DNA of 64,000 nucleotides from Octopus sinensis (taxonomy: Eukaryota): the NCBI RefSeq assembly GCF_006345805.1, contig NC_043018.1, positions 12,028,001 to 12,092,000 on the forward strand, written 5' to 3'. The number at the start of each line of letters is the position of its first letter. Positions within the stretch are counted from its first letter, which is position 1. The translations under genes and the position numbers were made by a program. The notes under the pieces were generated by a model. That model was not told the origin of the DNA. It did no database searches and saw nothing but the letters and a program-made list of their open reading frames with translations. This document shows positions 1 to 13,550 of this stretch, in pieces.

Positions 1-389
1 CACACACACACACACACACACACGGAGGCAAATTACTTCCACAAAAGAAATTATTCTGTTCTTAGCAACTACAAGTTGACTTCAGCATATTTTTGCAAAA
101 CTGATCTCCAAGCTGGTCGGTTTTTTAGGGAAAAGATAAGAAAGTCTTCACGTCTTCTATAACTGGTATTTTAACATATGTTCTAAGAAAAGAACTTTGC
201 AATCATTTTAACCCATTTCTGATAAATATGATATTGGTAGTACTTATCAGCACTGAAATCAGGTCTTCAATAATTCTATAAATTTTGTAAATATTCAATA
301 ATTGAACAAACTTTTGAATATGACTTCATATATTTGCTTTAAATATAGGTTTGATATTCATTAGCATTCCAAGTAAAATGTTTCGTCTT

Positions 390-532
390 TGAGTTTGAAT
401 TCCATCGAGATCATCTTTGCCTTTCATCCTTTCAGGTTTGATAAAATAAGTACCAGTTGAATACTGGGGTCAATGTAATCAACTTATCCCTTCCCCGTAA
501 TTACTGGCATTGTGCCAAAATTTGAAATCAAT
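390..532 (+). mobile_element. SINE fragment (B-box remnant plus gcctttcatcc...gataaaataagtacc central domain)
   Basis: gagtttgaattcc B-box-like motif followed by gcctttcatcctttcagg...aataagtaccagttg. Related to the reverse-strand copy at 27540-27772. Confidence 0.55.
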
Positions 533-982
533 ATAGGCTTGACGTAATATATTCATACATTAATTAAAATAACATTAACTAAAATGTCATTCTATATGAA
601 TAAATATATATAAATAAATACGCCATAATCTTTTAGAATCTATGGAATTTTCTAAGAAGTATAGAATGCTACTTGCGTTGTAGAATTCTAATTACAAGAA
701 ACCTGTTAATTAACCCAAGTTCCTATTTTTGGATGTTTCTGACGATTTTTCAAATTTAAATTTTAGAAACTATTATTATTTTAGAAACTTTAAAAAAAAT
801 TTATTTAAATACATTGTCAGACATTCGAAATAGTTGTCTTACATAAATAAGAATTGCAGGGTTGGGTGTCCTGCATTTTTCCATGTTTTATGGTACACCA
901 CATTTCAAAATACTCACAGACAGACATTTTTTTGAAAATATTTCATTTCATATTTTCAAGTTTAAAATCCATTTGGAATGTA

Positions 983-1185
983 TTCTTTTACTCTTTTACT
1001 TGTTTCAGTCATTTGACTGTGGCCATGCTGGAGCACCGCCTTTAGTCGAGCAAATCGATCCCAGAACTTATTCTTTGGAAGCCTAGCACTTATCCTATCG
1101 GTCTCTTTTGCTGAGCCACTAAGTTACGGGGACGTAAACACACCACCATCAGTTGTCAAGCGATGTTGGAAGGACAAACACACAC
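983..1185 (-). mobile_element. tRNA-derived SINE, family A (octopus OK-like), 3' part
   Basis: Reverse complement of the 3' part of the full copies at 6759 and 59841 (aaggcggtgctccagcatggcc...tgactgaaacaagtaaaaga). Confidence 0.8.
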
Positions 1186-1249
1186 ACATGCACATACATA
1201 CATACATAATAATAATAATAACAATAATAATAATAATAATAATATGTAC

Positions 1250-1600
1250 CACGTGAGATGACACTTCCTTTTGATGTTAATGTTGCTGACGTAGATATCT
1301 CTTTGGAGGAGAATCTCATTGAATTGCAGAATGATGAAATATTTCAGGCAAGATTTAAAGATAGGAAACATAACATATGGAAAAATAATGACACTGCTAC
1401 AAAGTATCCACTGCTCTAGGAGGGCGCAGGTGTGTGTCACTGCTTTTCTTTCATCTGACCTTGTTGAATCTGGTTTCAGTTGTGTTACTCAACTCGACTT
1501 TGTGGAAAAAGGTGATCTTTGATTACCATGACAACATTGGAGCCAAACATTACAAAACTAGCAGAGCAACATCAACTGCAAAGCTCACATTAAATAACAT
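1250..1600 (+). mobile_element. hAT (Buster/ZBED8-like) transposase C-terminal remnant
   Basis: Disrupted translation LIELQND...KYPLL...SDLVESGFSCV...KGDL...LEPNITKL...QSSH* resembles the hAT dimerisation domain. Similar to the element at 52469-54455. Confidence 0.65.
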
Positions 1601-1617
1601 GGTACTAAAGTACTATC

Positions 1618-1619
<2 letters not shown>

Positions 1620-1653
<34 letters not shown>

Positions 1654-1682
1654 GTTTAACGTCCGCTTTCCATGCTAGCATG
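1620..1682 (-). mobile_element. Extreme 3' end of RTE LINE with (ATG)n tail
   Basis: Reverse complement of catgctagcatggaaagcggacgttaaacgatgatg, the common 3' terminus of the RTE copies in this window. Confidence 0.8.
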
Positions 1683-2261
1683 TGCTGTTTAAACAAAAAA
1701 CAGAGCGAATATATTGTCAGAAAGTACCTACTGTGAAAGGGGCACCACAACACCACATGTAGGATGCTGAAGCAAAGAAAGAGAGCTAGCAGTCCTAGCT
1801 GTGGGCAGATGGTGAGCTGACTACCCAAAAGGGGAAATAGACAGAGTCCTGTCAGTCGAGCTCCTTCTATGTGTTTCATGACTTCCGTTAAGGGCTGTTG
1901 TGTCTTGCTTATGCATCATGGCTGCCCGCTTTGTCCCTTCTGGGCCTTTTATGTTTAGCCCTGAGATAATCAAAGCAGGCATGATGGGTACGCTACAGAC
2001 TCCCTTGGCAGTCGTGAAGCTATGGCAATAACAAGAGACAAAAGAATAAGGATCTAAAGTGCAAAACATACCAGAAGACTTTCAGGTATGAAATATTCAA
2101 CCAAAGAAAATGTAATATGTAACAATATGACAATAAAAATAGGGAGCCAACTCAACAATGAAAATAGCATGAAAACAAAATATCACAATTCAAGGAAAGA
2201 GTTCATTCAATGTTCCTTTAGATATAAGTCTGAGTCAATATTTTTGGCCAATGTACTTTTC

Positions 2262-2625
2262 GCCTGCCCCTAGTTGTTACGGAGGGCAAATTTGAAGTTT
2301 GTTTTGTGAGTGGTGTCTGTTGTGCAGTGTGTGCATTATGTGTTATGGGAGTGGGAATAGTTGTGTCGATGTAGGACTTTCTTTAGTCTATCCACACTGA
2401 CAGTGTCTTTCACACCTTTATAGTCAATAGTAATGAATTTGTCGGCATGACATAACACGCGATAAGGTCCTTGGTATGGAGGGGTTAATAGATGACCAAC
2501 TGCATCACTCCTCATAAAAACATGAGTCCAGGATGATATGTCCACAGGAACATAGGAGTTTGTGGATTGCTGTCTTGTGTTGGTGAGAGGCAAAGTCTCC
2601 ATGTAATGTCTAAGATGATCCACAG
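2262..2625 (-). mobile_element. Ty3/Gypsy integrase C-terminal (GPY/F) fragment
   Basis: ORF 2336-2623: THVFMRSDAV..LTPPYQGPYRVL..KFITIDYKG..DTVSVDRLK. A polypurine-tract-like aactaggggcagg follows on the minus strand. Confidence 0.8.
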
Positions 2626-2854
2626 AGTTTGAGTAATCTGGTCTCTGGGGTAGAGATATTTTTGAAACATTTAAAAATTAATATTTCATTCTTATCTTTG
2701 AAAATGCTTATTGTTTTGTATTCCACATTTGTATAATGTTTGCATGTAGAATATATTTTATTCAGTATAAACTTCATTTGATTTCCTTCGATATTATTAG
2801 ACTAAATTGTTTTAGGTGTGTACATACTTCTCTGAGATATAGTGTATGTATATG

Positions 2855-2933
<79 letters not shown>

Positions 2934-2936
<3 letters not shown>

Positions 2937-2983
2937 TAGCATGGAAAGCGGACGTTAAACGATGATGATGATGATGATGATGA

Positions 2984-2986
<3 letters not shown>
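2934..2986 (+). mobile_element. Extreme 3' end of RTE LINE inserted in (TA)n
   Basis: tgctagcatggaaagcggacgttaaac(gat)n with (TA)n on both sides. Confidence 0.8.
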
Positions 2987-3021
<35 letters not shown>

Positions 3022-3074
3022 GTATGTATATTTATATACATATATATATTTATATATATGCATATGTGTGTGTG

Positions 3075-5938
3075 TAAGGGATGTTTGAATGGAGGCGTGG
3101 TGGTACATATTGCATCCAAGAGGTAAGGTGGAGAAGTAACAGTGATGGACTAGGTGGTGTGGGCAAACTCCTTGCAGAAAAATGAGTAGATAAGGTCAAA
3201 GAGGTAGTCAGAGTGTGTGATGGAGTACTAGTCTAGATAGAGTACTAGTCTAGATAGAGGCTAGTCTTGCAGAATAGTATAGCGACAATTATATCTAGCT
3301 ATGCCCCACAAGCAGGCCTACCAAATGAACGGAAGGAACACTTTCATGATATTCTTTTCCAGACTACTTCAAAGACAAGTGACAATGGTATCTTCCATGG
3401 TGTTCATAGGGTCCATGAAATTGGTTCCCAAAAACAAAGAGGAAACAAGGCTACTGGAGCTCTGTGATGCAAATAACCTTTTGATCTGCAACATCAACTT
3501 CAGGAAGCCAGCCAGCCACCTGATAACCAATTAATCAGGTGACTCTGCTAGCCAGATCGATTTCATTCACACCAGTGGGATGCATGGTTGTTCTTAAATA
3601 CAAAGACCCTCCCTGATGAAGAATGTACCTCCTAGCATAGACTAGTCATTAGCGACTTTAGACTCCTGGCTAGAACAATGCCAAGAAAGAGGCCAATCTG
3701 GAAAAGAAGGATTTGGAAGCTTAAGGACCCTTCATATGGTCAGAGATTTAGGGACAGCCTAACTGTGAAATTTGATGAGAGGGAGGAGGACTACAAACTT
3801 GTGACATAAAGGTCAACTGGGAATTCCTGCAAGACCAAATCTGTGGCTAGTGCAAGGTCCCTTCCAGACCTAGGGTAATGTGGTGGTGGAACAATACTGT
3901 AGACAGGGTCATTAGAGCAAAGAAACAGGCCTGGAAGGCATGGAAGAGTGGGGGCAGCAGGGAAATGTATCAGATAGTGAGAATAGAAGCTAGGAAACAG
4001 GTCTATCTTGTGAAGGGAGAAGCAGAAATGAAGTTTGCCCACGTTCAGCATCATGTGGACCAAAGATCTGAAGTATTTTGGATTGCAAGACAGTGTGTGA
4101 GAGAAAATTGTGATGCCATGTCATTTGATGTGCACTTGCATTTAATGAGTCTGCAAAGAAAGATGCTTGGAGATGCCATTATGAAAGACTGTTGAACATG
4201 GAGAATGAATGGGAGGAGGAGAGTCTGCCAAAGGCTGACCAGCTAACTGAATCGACAGTACCCTGGTAGATAAAGCAATTAAGGGTATGAAGACAGGGAA
4301 ATACCTGGTCCATTAGGAATCACCACTGAGATGCTTAAAATATCAGGCTGTGTGGGTTATGGTCTTGTCACCTGCATCGTAAATCAGGTAGTTCATGAAG
4401 GAGTTATACCTTATGACTGGTGTAGAAGCACCACAGTCAACTGCTACAAAGGTGAAGGTGATGCCTTAGAAAGAAATAATTACAGAGGCATCAAATTGTT
4501 GGATCAGGTGATGAAAGTTACAGAGAAGGTCATAGCCCAACTAGTTAGGGAGTGAGTTAGCCTAGATGAGATGTAGTTTGGTTTTGTGCCAGGCAGAAGC
4601 ACCACTCATGCTATATTTCTGGTTAGGTAATTGCAGGAGAAATATCTAGCCAAAGATAAACCTCTGTACTTGGCTTTTGTTGACTTGGAGAAAGCTTTTG
4701 ATAGAGTCCCCCAATCGTTTATCTGGTAGTCAATTTGGAAACTAGGGATAGACAAGTGGTTGGTGAGAGCCGAACAAGCCTTGTACAGGAACGCTACCAG
4801 TAAGGTGAGGGTTGGCAACGAGTACAGAAAAGAATTCAAGATACAAGTAGGGGTGCACTAAGGATCAGTCCTCAGTCCCCTCTTCTTCATCATAGTCCTT
4901 TAGGCAATAACAGAGGAATTCAAGATAGGCTGCCCCTGGAAGCTCCTCTGTGCTGATGACCTTAAAGCTCTTAAAGCTGAATCACTAGAAAAGGGGTAGC
5001 TAGAAACTCCATAAGATGCACCTAGCATAAGCTTTGGACAAATAAAAGGTGCAGCAACATCAGAGGAAGATTAACAGGGAGACTAACTTTTATATGTGGA
5101 AGGGGCACAGGTGCAATAGCCACAGGTACAAATGCACAGAAAATAGACTCCATCAAGTGCCAGTGGGGTAAGCTAGAAGTAGCAGGTAGCTTCCATTATC
5201 TAGGTGACCGAGTTAGTGGTGGAGGTGGATGCTCCAAGAGCGTAGTAGTGAGAATGAGATTAGGCTGGGCAAAGCTCAGAGAGCTCCAACCCCTGCTGGC
5301 AACAAAGGGCCTCTCTCTCAGAGTGAAAGGCAGATTGTTTGATGCCTGTGTGAACAGCTATGCTGCATGGCAGTGAAACATGGGCTGTGACAGCCGAGGA
5401 CATGCATAGGGTTGAGAGAAATGAGACCTTTGACAATGTGTTGTGCTTGAGAGGACCTGTCAAGCCAAGTGCATCCATGCTGATGGCATATAAAGAACAT
5501 CTTTTGAATGGTTACCCTTATGGAGGCAAAGTGGCTGAATTCCTTTTGAGTATTGGGCCTCACAGAGGCAAAGTGGTTGAGTTCCTCTTGAGCATTGGGC
5601 CTGACAGAGGCAATGACCAAGGCCATTGTCGTGCTTGAGAAGACTCCTCAAGCTAAGCAAGATTGCAGTTATGGCAGATACCAGTGTCACACAAATTGGC
5701 ACCCGTGCCAGTGGAATGTAAATGCACCCTCGTGTCACACAAATGGCACTCGAGCTGATGGCATGTAAAAGTACCTATTACGCTCTCAGAGTGGTTGGCA
5801 TTAGGGAGGGCATCCAGATGTAAAAATCATGCCAAATCAGACTTGGGTCTGGTGTAGCCTTCCAGCCTTGCCATCCCTGTCAAACCATCCAACCCATGCC
5901 AGCATAGACAACAGTTGTTAAATGATGATGATGATGAT
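3075..5938 (+). mobile_element. RTE-clade LINE, degenerate near-full ORF (APE endonuclease plus reverse transcriptase) with 3' UTR and (ATG)n tail
   Basis: IISSYAPQAG (APE), MWWWN, NYRGIKLL, FVDLEKAFDRVP, G.H.GSVLSPLLF, LCADDL, MLHGSETWA. Multiple stops and frameshifts; ends in gatgatgatg. Confidence 0.92.
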
Positions 5939-5950
5939 ATATATATATAT

Positions 5951-6475
5951 CATCATCATCATCATCATTGTTTAACATCTGCTTTCCATGCTGCCATGGG
6001 TTTAAATGTGGACTGTCAAGCCAGGAGGCTGCACTAGGCTCCAATCTGATCTGGCAAGGTTTCTACAGTTGGATACCCTTCCTAATGCCAACCACTCTAA
6101 GAGTGTAGTGGGTGCTTTTTATGTGCCACCAACACTGCAGCCAGTCAGGCGACACTGGCATTGACCACACTTGAATGGTGCTTTTTAAGTGCCACTGTCA
6201 TTTGAGTCAGGTGGCACTGGCATTGACCACGCTCGAATGGTGCTTTTTATGTACCACTAGCACTGGCATCGGCCACGACTATGATTTCACTTCACTCAAC
6301 AGGTCTTCTGAAGTACATCATATTGCCCGATGAGTGAAGGGTACTTTTAAACGGGCCAGTTATGCGACACTGGCATCAACCACGGCTACAATCTCACTTG
6401 GCTTGCCGGGTTTTCTCAAGCACAGCATATCTCCAAAGGTCTCGATCACTTGTCTTTGCCTTTGTGAGGCCCAAC
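5951..6475 (-). mobile_element. RTE LINE 3' UTR fragment, tail-to-tail with the preceding copy
   Basis: (CAT)n followed by the reverse complement of the RTE 3' UTR, including the internal ggtgcttttta repeats. Confidence 0.85.
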
Positions 6476-6758
6476 ATTATATATATATATTCTTTTACTC
6501 TTTTACTCATTTCAGCCATGCAGCTGCAGTCATACAGGAGCACCTCCGTGGTCTTTCTGATTTACTCAGTCTGGGGTATTTCACATCACCCCACTCTCCT
6601 GTATGTGCCTTTGTCCCAGCTGTGGGCCTTTGAACCCTAGACTATTGCAGTACCTGGTCCTGAATTTAGATGGAGTAGGTGGGGTACCTTTGGTACAATA
6701 CAATAGCGGCTTCAAAAATAAGTTATATTACAACTCTTCTAGTAATAATAAAAATAAT

Positions 6759-7150
6759 AGGTGTAGGAGTGGCTGTGTGGTAAGTAGCTTGTTTACGAAC
6801 CACCTGGTTCCGGGTTCAGTCCCACTGCGTGGCACCTTGGGCAAGTGTTTTCTACTATAGCCTCAGGTCGACCAAAGCCTTGTGAGTTATTTGGTAGACA
6901 GAAACTGAAAGAAGCCCGTTGTATATGTGTGTGTGTGTGTTTGTGCATCTGTGTTTGTCCCCCCAACATCACTTGACAACCGATGCTGGTGTGTTTACAT
7001 CCTCGTAACTTAATGGTTAGGCAAAAGCGACCGATAGAATAAGTACTAGGCTTACAAAGAATAAGTCCTGGGGTTGATTTGCTCGACTAAAGGCAGTGCT
7101 CCAGCATGGCCACAGTCAAATGACTGAAACACGTAAATGACTAAATGAGT
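6759..7150 (+). mobile_element. tRNA-derived SINE, family A, full length
   Basis: tRNA-like head (ggagtggctgtgtggtaag ... ggttcagtccc) and a body shared with copies at 12800, 28655, 47862, 58124 and 59841. Confidence 0.85.
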
Positions 7151-7164
7151 AATGAGTAATAAAA

Positions 7165-7435
7165 TTAGACCAAAGAATAGACCTAGGAAAATAATTTGGT
7201 TCACCCTTCCTTCTCCCTAAATGTAAAAATTAATGTATGTAAAAGATTTCACAAATACAGAAAGATCCTTAACAGACACTCATTTAGTTGTTGCTCCAAT
7301 ATAAAGAGTATCATTCTCCACAAAAACCACCAAGTGCCCACTCCAATTGCGACTGTCGAGACTCTGGAACTTGTCCACTTGAGCAGAGGGACACGATACA
7401 CGCAGTTATAAATGAGGCGGAGGTTACAGCAACAT
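7165..7435 (+). mobile_element. Penelope-like element ORF fragment (RT-thumb/linker with Cys motif before GIY-YIG)
   Basis: RPRKIIWF.(P)FSLNVKINV, SCCSNIKSII, NCDCRDSGTCPL..VINEAEV match the PLE motifs WFNPP..NVKTN, YSCMPN and CNC...CPL...VIY.A.V. Confidence 0.7.
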
Positions 7436-7529
7436 TACATGATGACCTAACCAGAAAAAGAATCTCATCGGGTTATGCTAACTGCCTATCTTATTTCTGC
7501 ACATTGACAAAAGTAAAGCCACTAAGTTG

Positions 7530-7831
7530 ACTTGTTCCTTCTCGAACCATGCCTGGCTCATAAGGGCCAGTTTCCTGGTTTCCTTGGCATATAGGTTCCC
7601 CACCTGGATGGGATGCCGGTCCATCGCAGGTGAGCTGCAAGATGCAGGAGGAAAGAGTGAGAGAAAGTTGTGGTGAAAGAGTCAGCAGAAGTTTGCCATT
7701 GCCTTCTGCTGGAGCCACATAGTGCTTAGGTGTTTTGCTCATAAACACACACATTGCCCGGTCTGAGATTCGAACCCGTGATCCCTTGACCGCGAGTCTG
7801 CTGCTCTAATTACTAGGCCATGTGCCTCCAC
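7530..7831 (-). mobile_element. tRNA-Arg-derived SINE, family B (octopus OR-like)
   Basis: Minus strand ggaggcacatggcctagtaattagagcagcagactcgcgg...gggttcgaatc (TCG anticodon loop). Near-identical to 51044-51343. Confidence 0.85.
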
Positions 7832-8359
7832 AACTAAGTTGACTTGCATGTATGGGGTTTGAAGAGCAACTCCAAGCCAAATACAATCAAGTGGAAAACC
7901 ATCGAAAAATCTTTTGCACATAATGATACATGCTTTGGAACTTGGAAAGAATAAGCTATTAATTGAGATGCGCTTGTGTATTTGTATTTAAGCATCTCGT
8001 TAAACGTTTCACCAACTGATGACTTAGGAGGAGGAACAGCTAAGGTATTCTTTATTTAAACTAATTCTTTTTTAATTGAAATTAATAGTGGTGTCTGTAT
8101 AATTAAAACAAATGAACAGGCATCCCACCCATGCCAGTATAGAAGGTGGACGTTAAATGATAATGATGATGATGATGATGAAACAGAAAAGCATAAAGTT
8201 ATAAATAAACAAAACAAAAAAATAAGAACAAACTCTTCCCCCCACCACAAAAAAAACCACAGGAATACACCCATCTGCTGCACCCTACTGCCTATCTAAC
8301 AAGGTAAATATCCCACCCTCTGACCAACTTATTAAACAATAGATGAGGTAATGAGGGTG

Positions 8360-8960
8360 GCTCTACATGATTATTAAACTTACTAGAAATAGCAACAAAA
8401 TCTCCCACAAATCAACAGCCTACAAAACTTGAATAAGGAAAGGATAAATTGGATAAGGTTAATCCAGGTTATTCCTAAAAATTATGGGATGGTCATGGTT
8501 GGAATGTCTCTTACTATAGGTCTGCTTGATCAGGACAACACAAGGCTATATGAGAACAGCAATAAGAACAACAACCAAACAATGAATGAAGCCTATTGTT
8601 TGCTCAACCAGGGATGACCTAGGTTGAAGCAACAACAACAACAAACAAACAGCAAATGAGGAGACAAGGAAGTCCCTACGTAGTTGTTTGACCTGCTAGA
8701 AATAGCAGACAAATCTTACTCAAATCAACAACCTATTATCTTGAAAAAGGAAGGACACAATGACCAACAGTCCAAGATAGCACTAAATCAATGAAATTAT
8801 CATGGCTAGGTATGTTCTCTCATGGTTGACCTCGGGTCAACACCAGCTCATGAAACACACTACTGACTTTTAAAGAAAGGGATTACATATTGGACAAAGT
8901 GGTCTGAGATCAATGGAACTGATTGGGGTAAGAAACATCTTTAACCATGGGAGCCATAAC
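8360..8960 (+). repeat. Tandem copies of a degenerate ~200-bp dispersed repeat (ctagaaatagcagccaaatct... family)
   Basis: Unit gctagaaatagca..aaatct..caaatca...ggtcatgg.tggaat...gacct.gg..taaacaacaa recurs here and at 31680-32275 and 33780-34940. Confidence 0.7.
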
Positions 8961-9069
8961 TAATGTTTACAATCATTTTATCAAAAGCATGTTCTTTTAA
9001 AATCACATATGATCTACAGCAAGTATACTACAGATGATCAACAGATGTGGTTTAAGGTTTTGAAGTAAG

Positions 9070-9104
<35 letters not shown>

Positions 9105-10301
9105 ATACTTTGAACAGATTATTCAGTGTGTTGTGGATAAAAAAGGTTGCAAATATTAGGTATTTGTGATCAGAGCTAACAATAGGAAGAAAAAGCTACT
9201 CACAGTAAAGAAACAAAGTCCCTAAAACAGATAATAAACATTTAAGAAAAGGTTTCATCACTTACTCATTAAACAATAATGTTAATTTTCATGTAGTGAT
9301 ATCTTCATGCGGATATCCAATGGTTCTTGAAGTAAGCCTTGTAAAATTACAGGTATGTATATGTGTGTGTGTGTATATATGTTATCAACCAAGCTTAAAA
9401 GATCTCCAATTGGATATTCCACAACAACTGGGGAGAGAGTGTACAATTACAGCTATGTATACTCACCCAGTTTAAAGGAAATCCCAAGTTTCTGTTGTAT
9501 TTCATGTGATATTCCACTGTTCTTTGCACAAGGTTCTATACTATAAAAGATCTCACCTCTTTCTTACTCTCTCACTGTTTAACTATAACTTATGTCTAAA
9601 TGACTTGTGTGTGTGTGTATACAGGTGTTTGTAAAGTCCTGTCCAGGTACACTTACCTCTTTCATCCTCTCAATTTCCCCGCAGCTCATGCTGTGTCTCT
9701 CCTCCCTTTCTTCCTCCTTCACTCTCTTTCACTATCTCTCCCACCCCACCTTTTCTCCTGCCCCTCCTTCTCTCCCCCTCTTTATCAATCTCCTTGCTCT
9801 CCCACTCTCGCCACATTGTCTCACACTTTTCTTCTCTCTCTTTCTTTTCCCCTCTAGTCTTTTGCTGTTGGTTACAATGAAATAAAGATATAAATACTTG
9901 AAACTCAGTGATAACACTCCCTCCATTCAACACTGTAACAAATCCTCAGGTGAGAGAGAGAGAGAAAGAGAGAGAGAGAGAAAGAGAGAGAGAGAGGGGA
10001 ACAAAGAGTGGAAGAGATATAAAGAGGAAAGGTGAAGAAGAAAAAGAAGATAAACAACTAGCACACGCATACACTCACTGAATTTACGACCGGCACAAAC
10101 ACCTGCCTTTATTCCAAACACCTACAGAATGTCACCACTCACTTCACCCTTCTCCCCCACTTACAGTTATTGTATGCATTGATATATGTGAGCTGTAAGG
10201 GAGTGTGTATATTATGAATGCATGCATGCACACTGATAGCTGCATGTGTGTGTGTGTGTGATCATCATTGTTTAACATCCGTTTTCCATGCTAGCATGGG
10301 T

Positions 10302-10332
<31 letters not shown>

Positions 10333-10335
10333 ATA

Positions 10336-12684
10336 TCATCATCATCATCATCATCATCGTTTAACGTCCGTTTTCCATGCTTGCATGGGTTGAACGGTTC
10401 AACCGCAGTCTGGGAAGCCAGGAGATTGCACCAGACTCCAGTCTGATCTGGCAGTGTTTCTACAGCTGGATACCCTTCCTAACACCAACCACTCCGTGAG
10501 TGTAGTGGGTGCTTTTTACATGCCACCAACACAGGTGCCAGGCGAGGCTGGCAACAGCCATGATCAGTTGGTGCAGTTTACATGCCACTGGCACAGAAGC
10601 CAGTCAAGGCGGCACTGGCATCAGCCACATTCGGATGGTGCTTTTTACGTGCCACCAGCACAGGGATCACAATTACAATTTCCATTGATTTTTTATGTTG
10701 ATGTAGTTGACTCAATAGGGTTCCTCAAGCACAGGAGTCAGTCCAGCGGCACTGGCAACGCCGGGTGCCGGACATCGGATTTGGTTCAATTTCGATTTCA
10801 CTTGCTCCAACAGGTCTTCGCAAGCAGAGTTTAGTGTCCAATGAAGGGAGGTTAGCATGGGTGCCACTAGTCAGATGTGGTTCGATTTCGAATTCAATTT
10901 CAATTTCACTTGCCTCAACAGGTCTTCGCAAGCAGAGTTTTGTGTCCAAAGAAGGAAAGGTATGCATACGTGGACTGGCTACATCCCTGGCAAAGGTCAT
11001 GGGTTATGGACTCACTTGTCCTGCCGGGTCTTCTCATGCACAGCATATTTCCAAAGGTCTCGGTCATTAGTCACTCCTCGGTGAGGCCTAATGTTCAAAG
11101 GTCATGCTTCACCACCTCGTCCCAGGTTTTCCTGGGTCTACCTCTTCCACAGGTTCCCTCAACTGCTAAGGAGTAGCACTTTTTCACACACCTGTCTTCA
11201 TCTATTCTCACCACATAACCATACCTGCGCAATTGTCTCCCTTGCACACCACAGCTGATGCTTCTTGGGTCCAACTTTTATCTCAAGGTCGAGTATGTAC
11301 ACTGACTTTACACATCCATCAGAGCATACTGGCTTCATTCCTTGCGAGCTTACACATGTCCTCAGCAGTCACGGCCCATGTTTCACTGCCATGTAGCATG
11401 GCTGTTCGTACACATGCGTCATACAGTCTACCTTTTACTCTGAGCTTTGCCCAGGCTATTCTTACTCTAGCAGTTACACTTTCAGCACACCCGCCCCCAC
11501 TACTAACTTGGTCACCTAGGTAACGGAAGCTATCAACTACTTCTAGTTTTTCTCCCTGGAATGTGGCAGAAGATGGTCTCTGCGTATTTTCAGTGTTTAT
11601 TGCTCCTAAGCATCTGCCACATACAAAAACTATTTTCCTAGTTAGCCTTCCTTTGACATTGCTGCACCTCTTATGTATCCATACCTTACACTGGGTACAT
11701 CTTATAGAGTTTCTACCTACGATTTTTCTACAGATCGAGCAGGACCATCTACCTGAAGGCATTTGTGGTTTGTCTACCTTCCTACTTATTAGTACTTTGG
11801 TTTTAGCTAGGTTGACTCTAAGGCCCTTCGATTCTAATCCTTGCTTCCACACTTGAAACTTCTCCTCCAGTTCTGACAGTGACTCAGCAATTAGAGCAAG
11901 GTCATCAGCATAGAGGAGCTCCCAGGGGCATCCAGTCTTGAATTCCTCTGTTATTGCCTGGAGAACTATGATAAATAGGAGGGGGCTGAGAATTGAACCT
12001 TGGTGGACACCTACTCTACCCGGAATTCTTCACTGTACTCGTTGCCAACCCTCACCTTACTAACAGTGTCCCTGTACATGGCTTGCACAACTCTCACTAA
12101 CCGTTCATCTATCCCTAGTTTCCTCATTGACCACCAGATAAGGGATCGGGGGACCCTGTCAAAGGCTTTCTCCATGTCAACGAAAGCCAGGTACAGTGGT
12201 TTATCTTTGGCTAGGTATTTCTCCTGCAGCTGTCTTACCAGGAATATAGCATCAGTGGTGCTTTTCCATGGCACGAACCCAAACTGCATCTCATCTAAAC
12301 TGACTCTTTCCCTAATCAGTTGGGCTAAAACCCTCTCCATGACCTTCATTATTTGATCCAGCAACTTGATACCTCTGTAATTATTTGTATCTAAGGCGTC
12401 ACCTTTACCTTTGTAGCAGTTGACTACAGTGCTGCTACACCAGTCATTGGGTATGACTCCTTCGTGTATCACCTGGTTAACTGTGCAGGTGACTAGGCTA
12501 TAGCTGACACTGCCAGATATTTTGAGCATCTCTGCAGTGATTCCTGATGGGGCGGGGGCTTTCCCTGCCTTCATACTTTTGATTGCTTTATCTACCAAGG
12601 TACTGTCAATTCAGATAGCTGGTCCCTCTGTTGGGTCGACATTTGGCAGACTCTCTTTATCCCATTCATTCTCTTTATTAAGCA
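10336..12684 (-). mobile_element. RTE-clade LINE, 5'-truncated (RT, Cys-rich finger, 3' UTR)
   Basis: ORFs 12011-12598 (NYRGIKLL, FVDMEKAFDRVP) and 11319-11852 (CSIC..C..C..HKRC..C..C, HGSETW). YADDL near 11900; (CAT)n tail at 10336. Confidence 0.95.
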
Positions 12685-12709
12685 GTGTGTGTATGTATAT
12701 ATATATACA

Positions 12710-12768
<59 letters not shown>

Positions 12769-12799
12769 TGTGCACATAATGCGTGTGTATGAATGTATG

Positions 12800-13182
12800 T
12801 TCTTTTATTCTTTTACTTGTTTCAGTCATTTGACTGCAGCCATGCTGGAGCACCACCTTTAGTTGAACAAATCAACATTAGGACTTTTCCTTTGTAAGCC
12901 TAGCAGTTATTCTATCAGTCTCTTTTGCCAAATCCCTAAGCTATGGGGACATAAAGACACCAACATCACCTGTCAAGCAATGGTGCGGGGTGGACACAAA
13001 CAGACACACACACACACACACACATATACAATGGGCTTCTTTCAGTTTCTGTCTACCAAATCCACTCACAAAGTTTTAGTTGGCCCAAGATTATAGCAGA
13101 ACACATTTTCCCAAGGTACCACGCAGTGAGACTGAACCTGGAACCATATCGGTAGGAAGCAAGCTTCTTACTACACAGCCAC
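12800..13182 (-). mobile_element. tRNA-derived SINE, family A
   Basis: Reverse complement of the 6759-7150 element. Confidence 0.8.
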
Positions 13183-13379
13183 ACACACACACATGTGTGT
13201 GTGTGTATATGTATCTGTATATGTATGTATGTATATATATATATATATATATATATGTATGAGTGTATATATATGTATGTATGTGTGTGTGTGTATGTAT
13301 ATATATAGATATATATATAGATTCGAATGAATATGGTACTTAAGTTGAAGGCACCAGAATTTAGTATGGTATTATACAT

Positions 13380-13550
13380 ATAATTTAAAATAAGGTGATT
13401 ATAATCAAAATAAGCAACAAGGATATCCAGAGGTAATGCAGTACGATCGTTTCATGCGACTCTTATTTGGAGAATATATTAGGAGTAATAACAATATATT
13501 AAGAGTAAAAATAAGAGTGTCCCTTATTTGTAGAATATATTAGGAGTAAT
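13380..13550 (-). mobile_element. Penelope-type terminal repeat fragment carrying only the 3' half of a hammerhead motif
   Basis: Minus strand reads GAAAC-GAUC-GUA-CUGCA (13437-13453) with a palindromic stem III. No CUGANGA half is present; the Gypsy remnant abuts. Confidence 0.45.
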
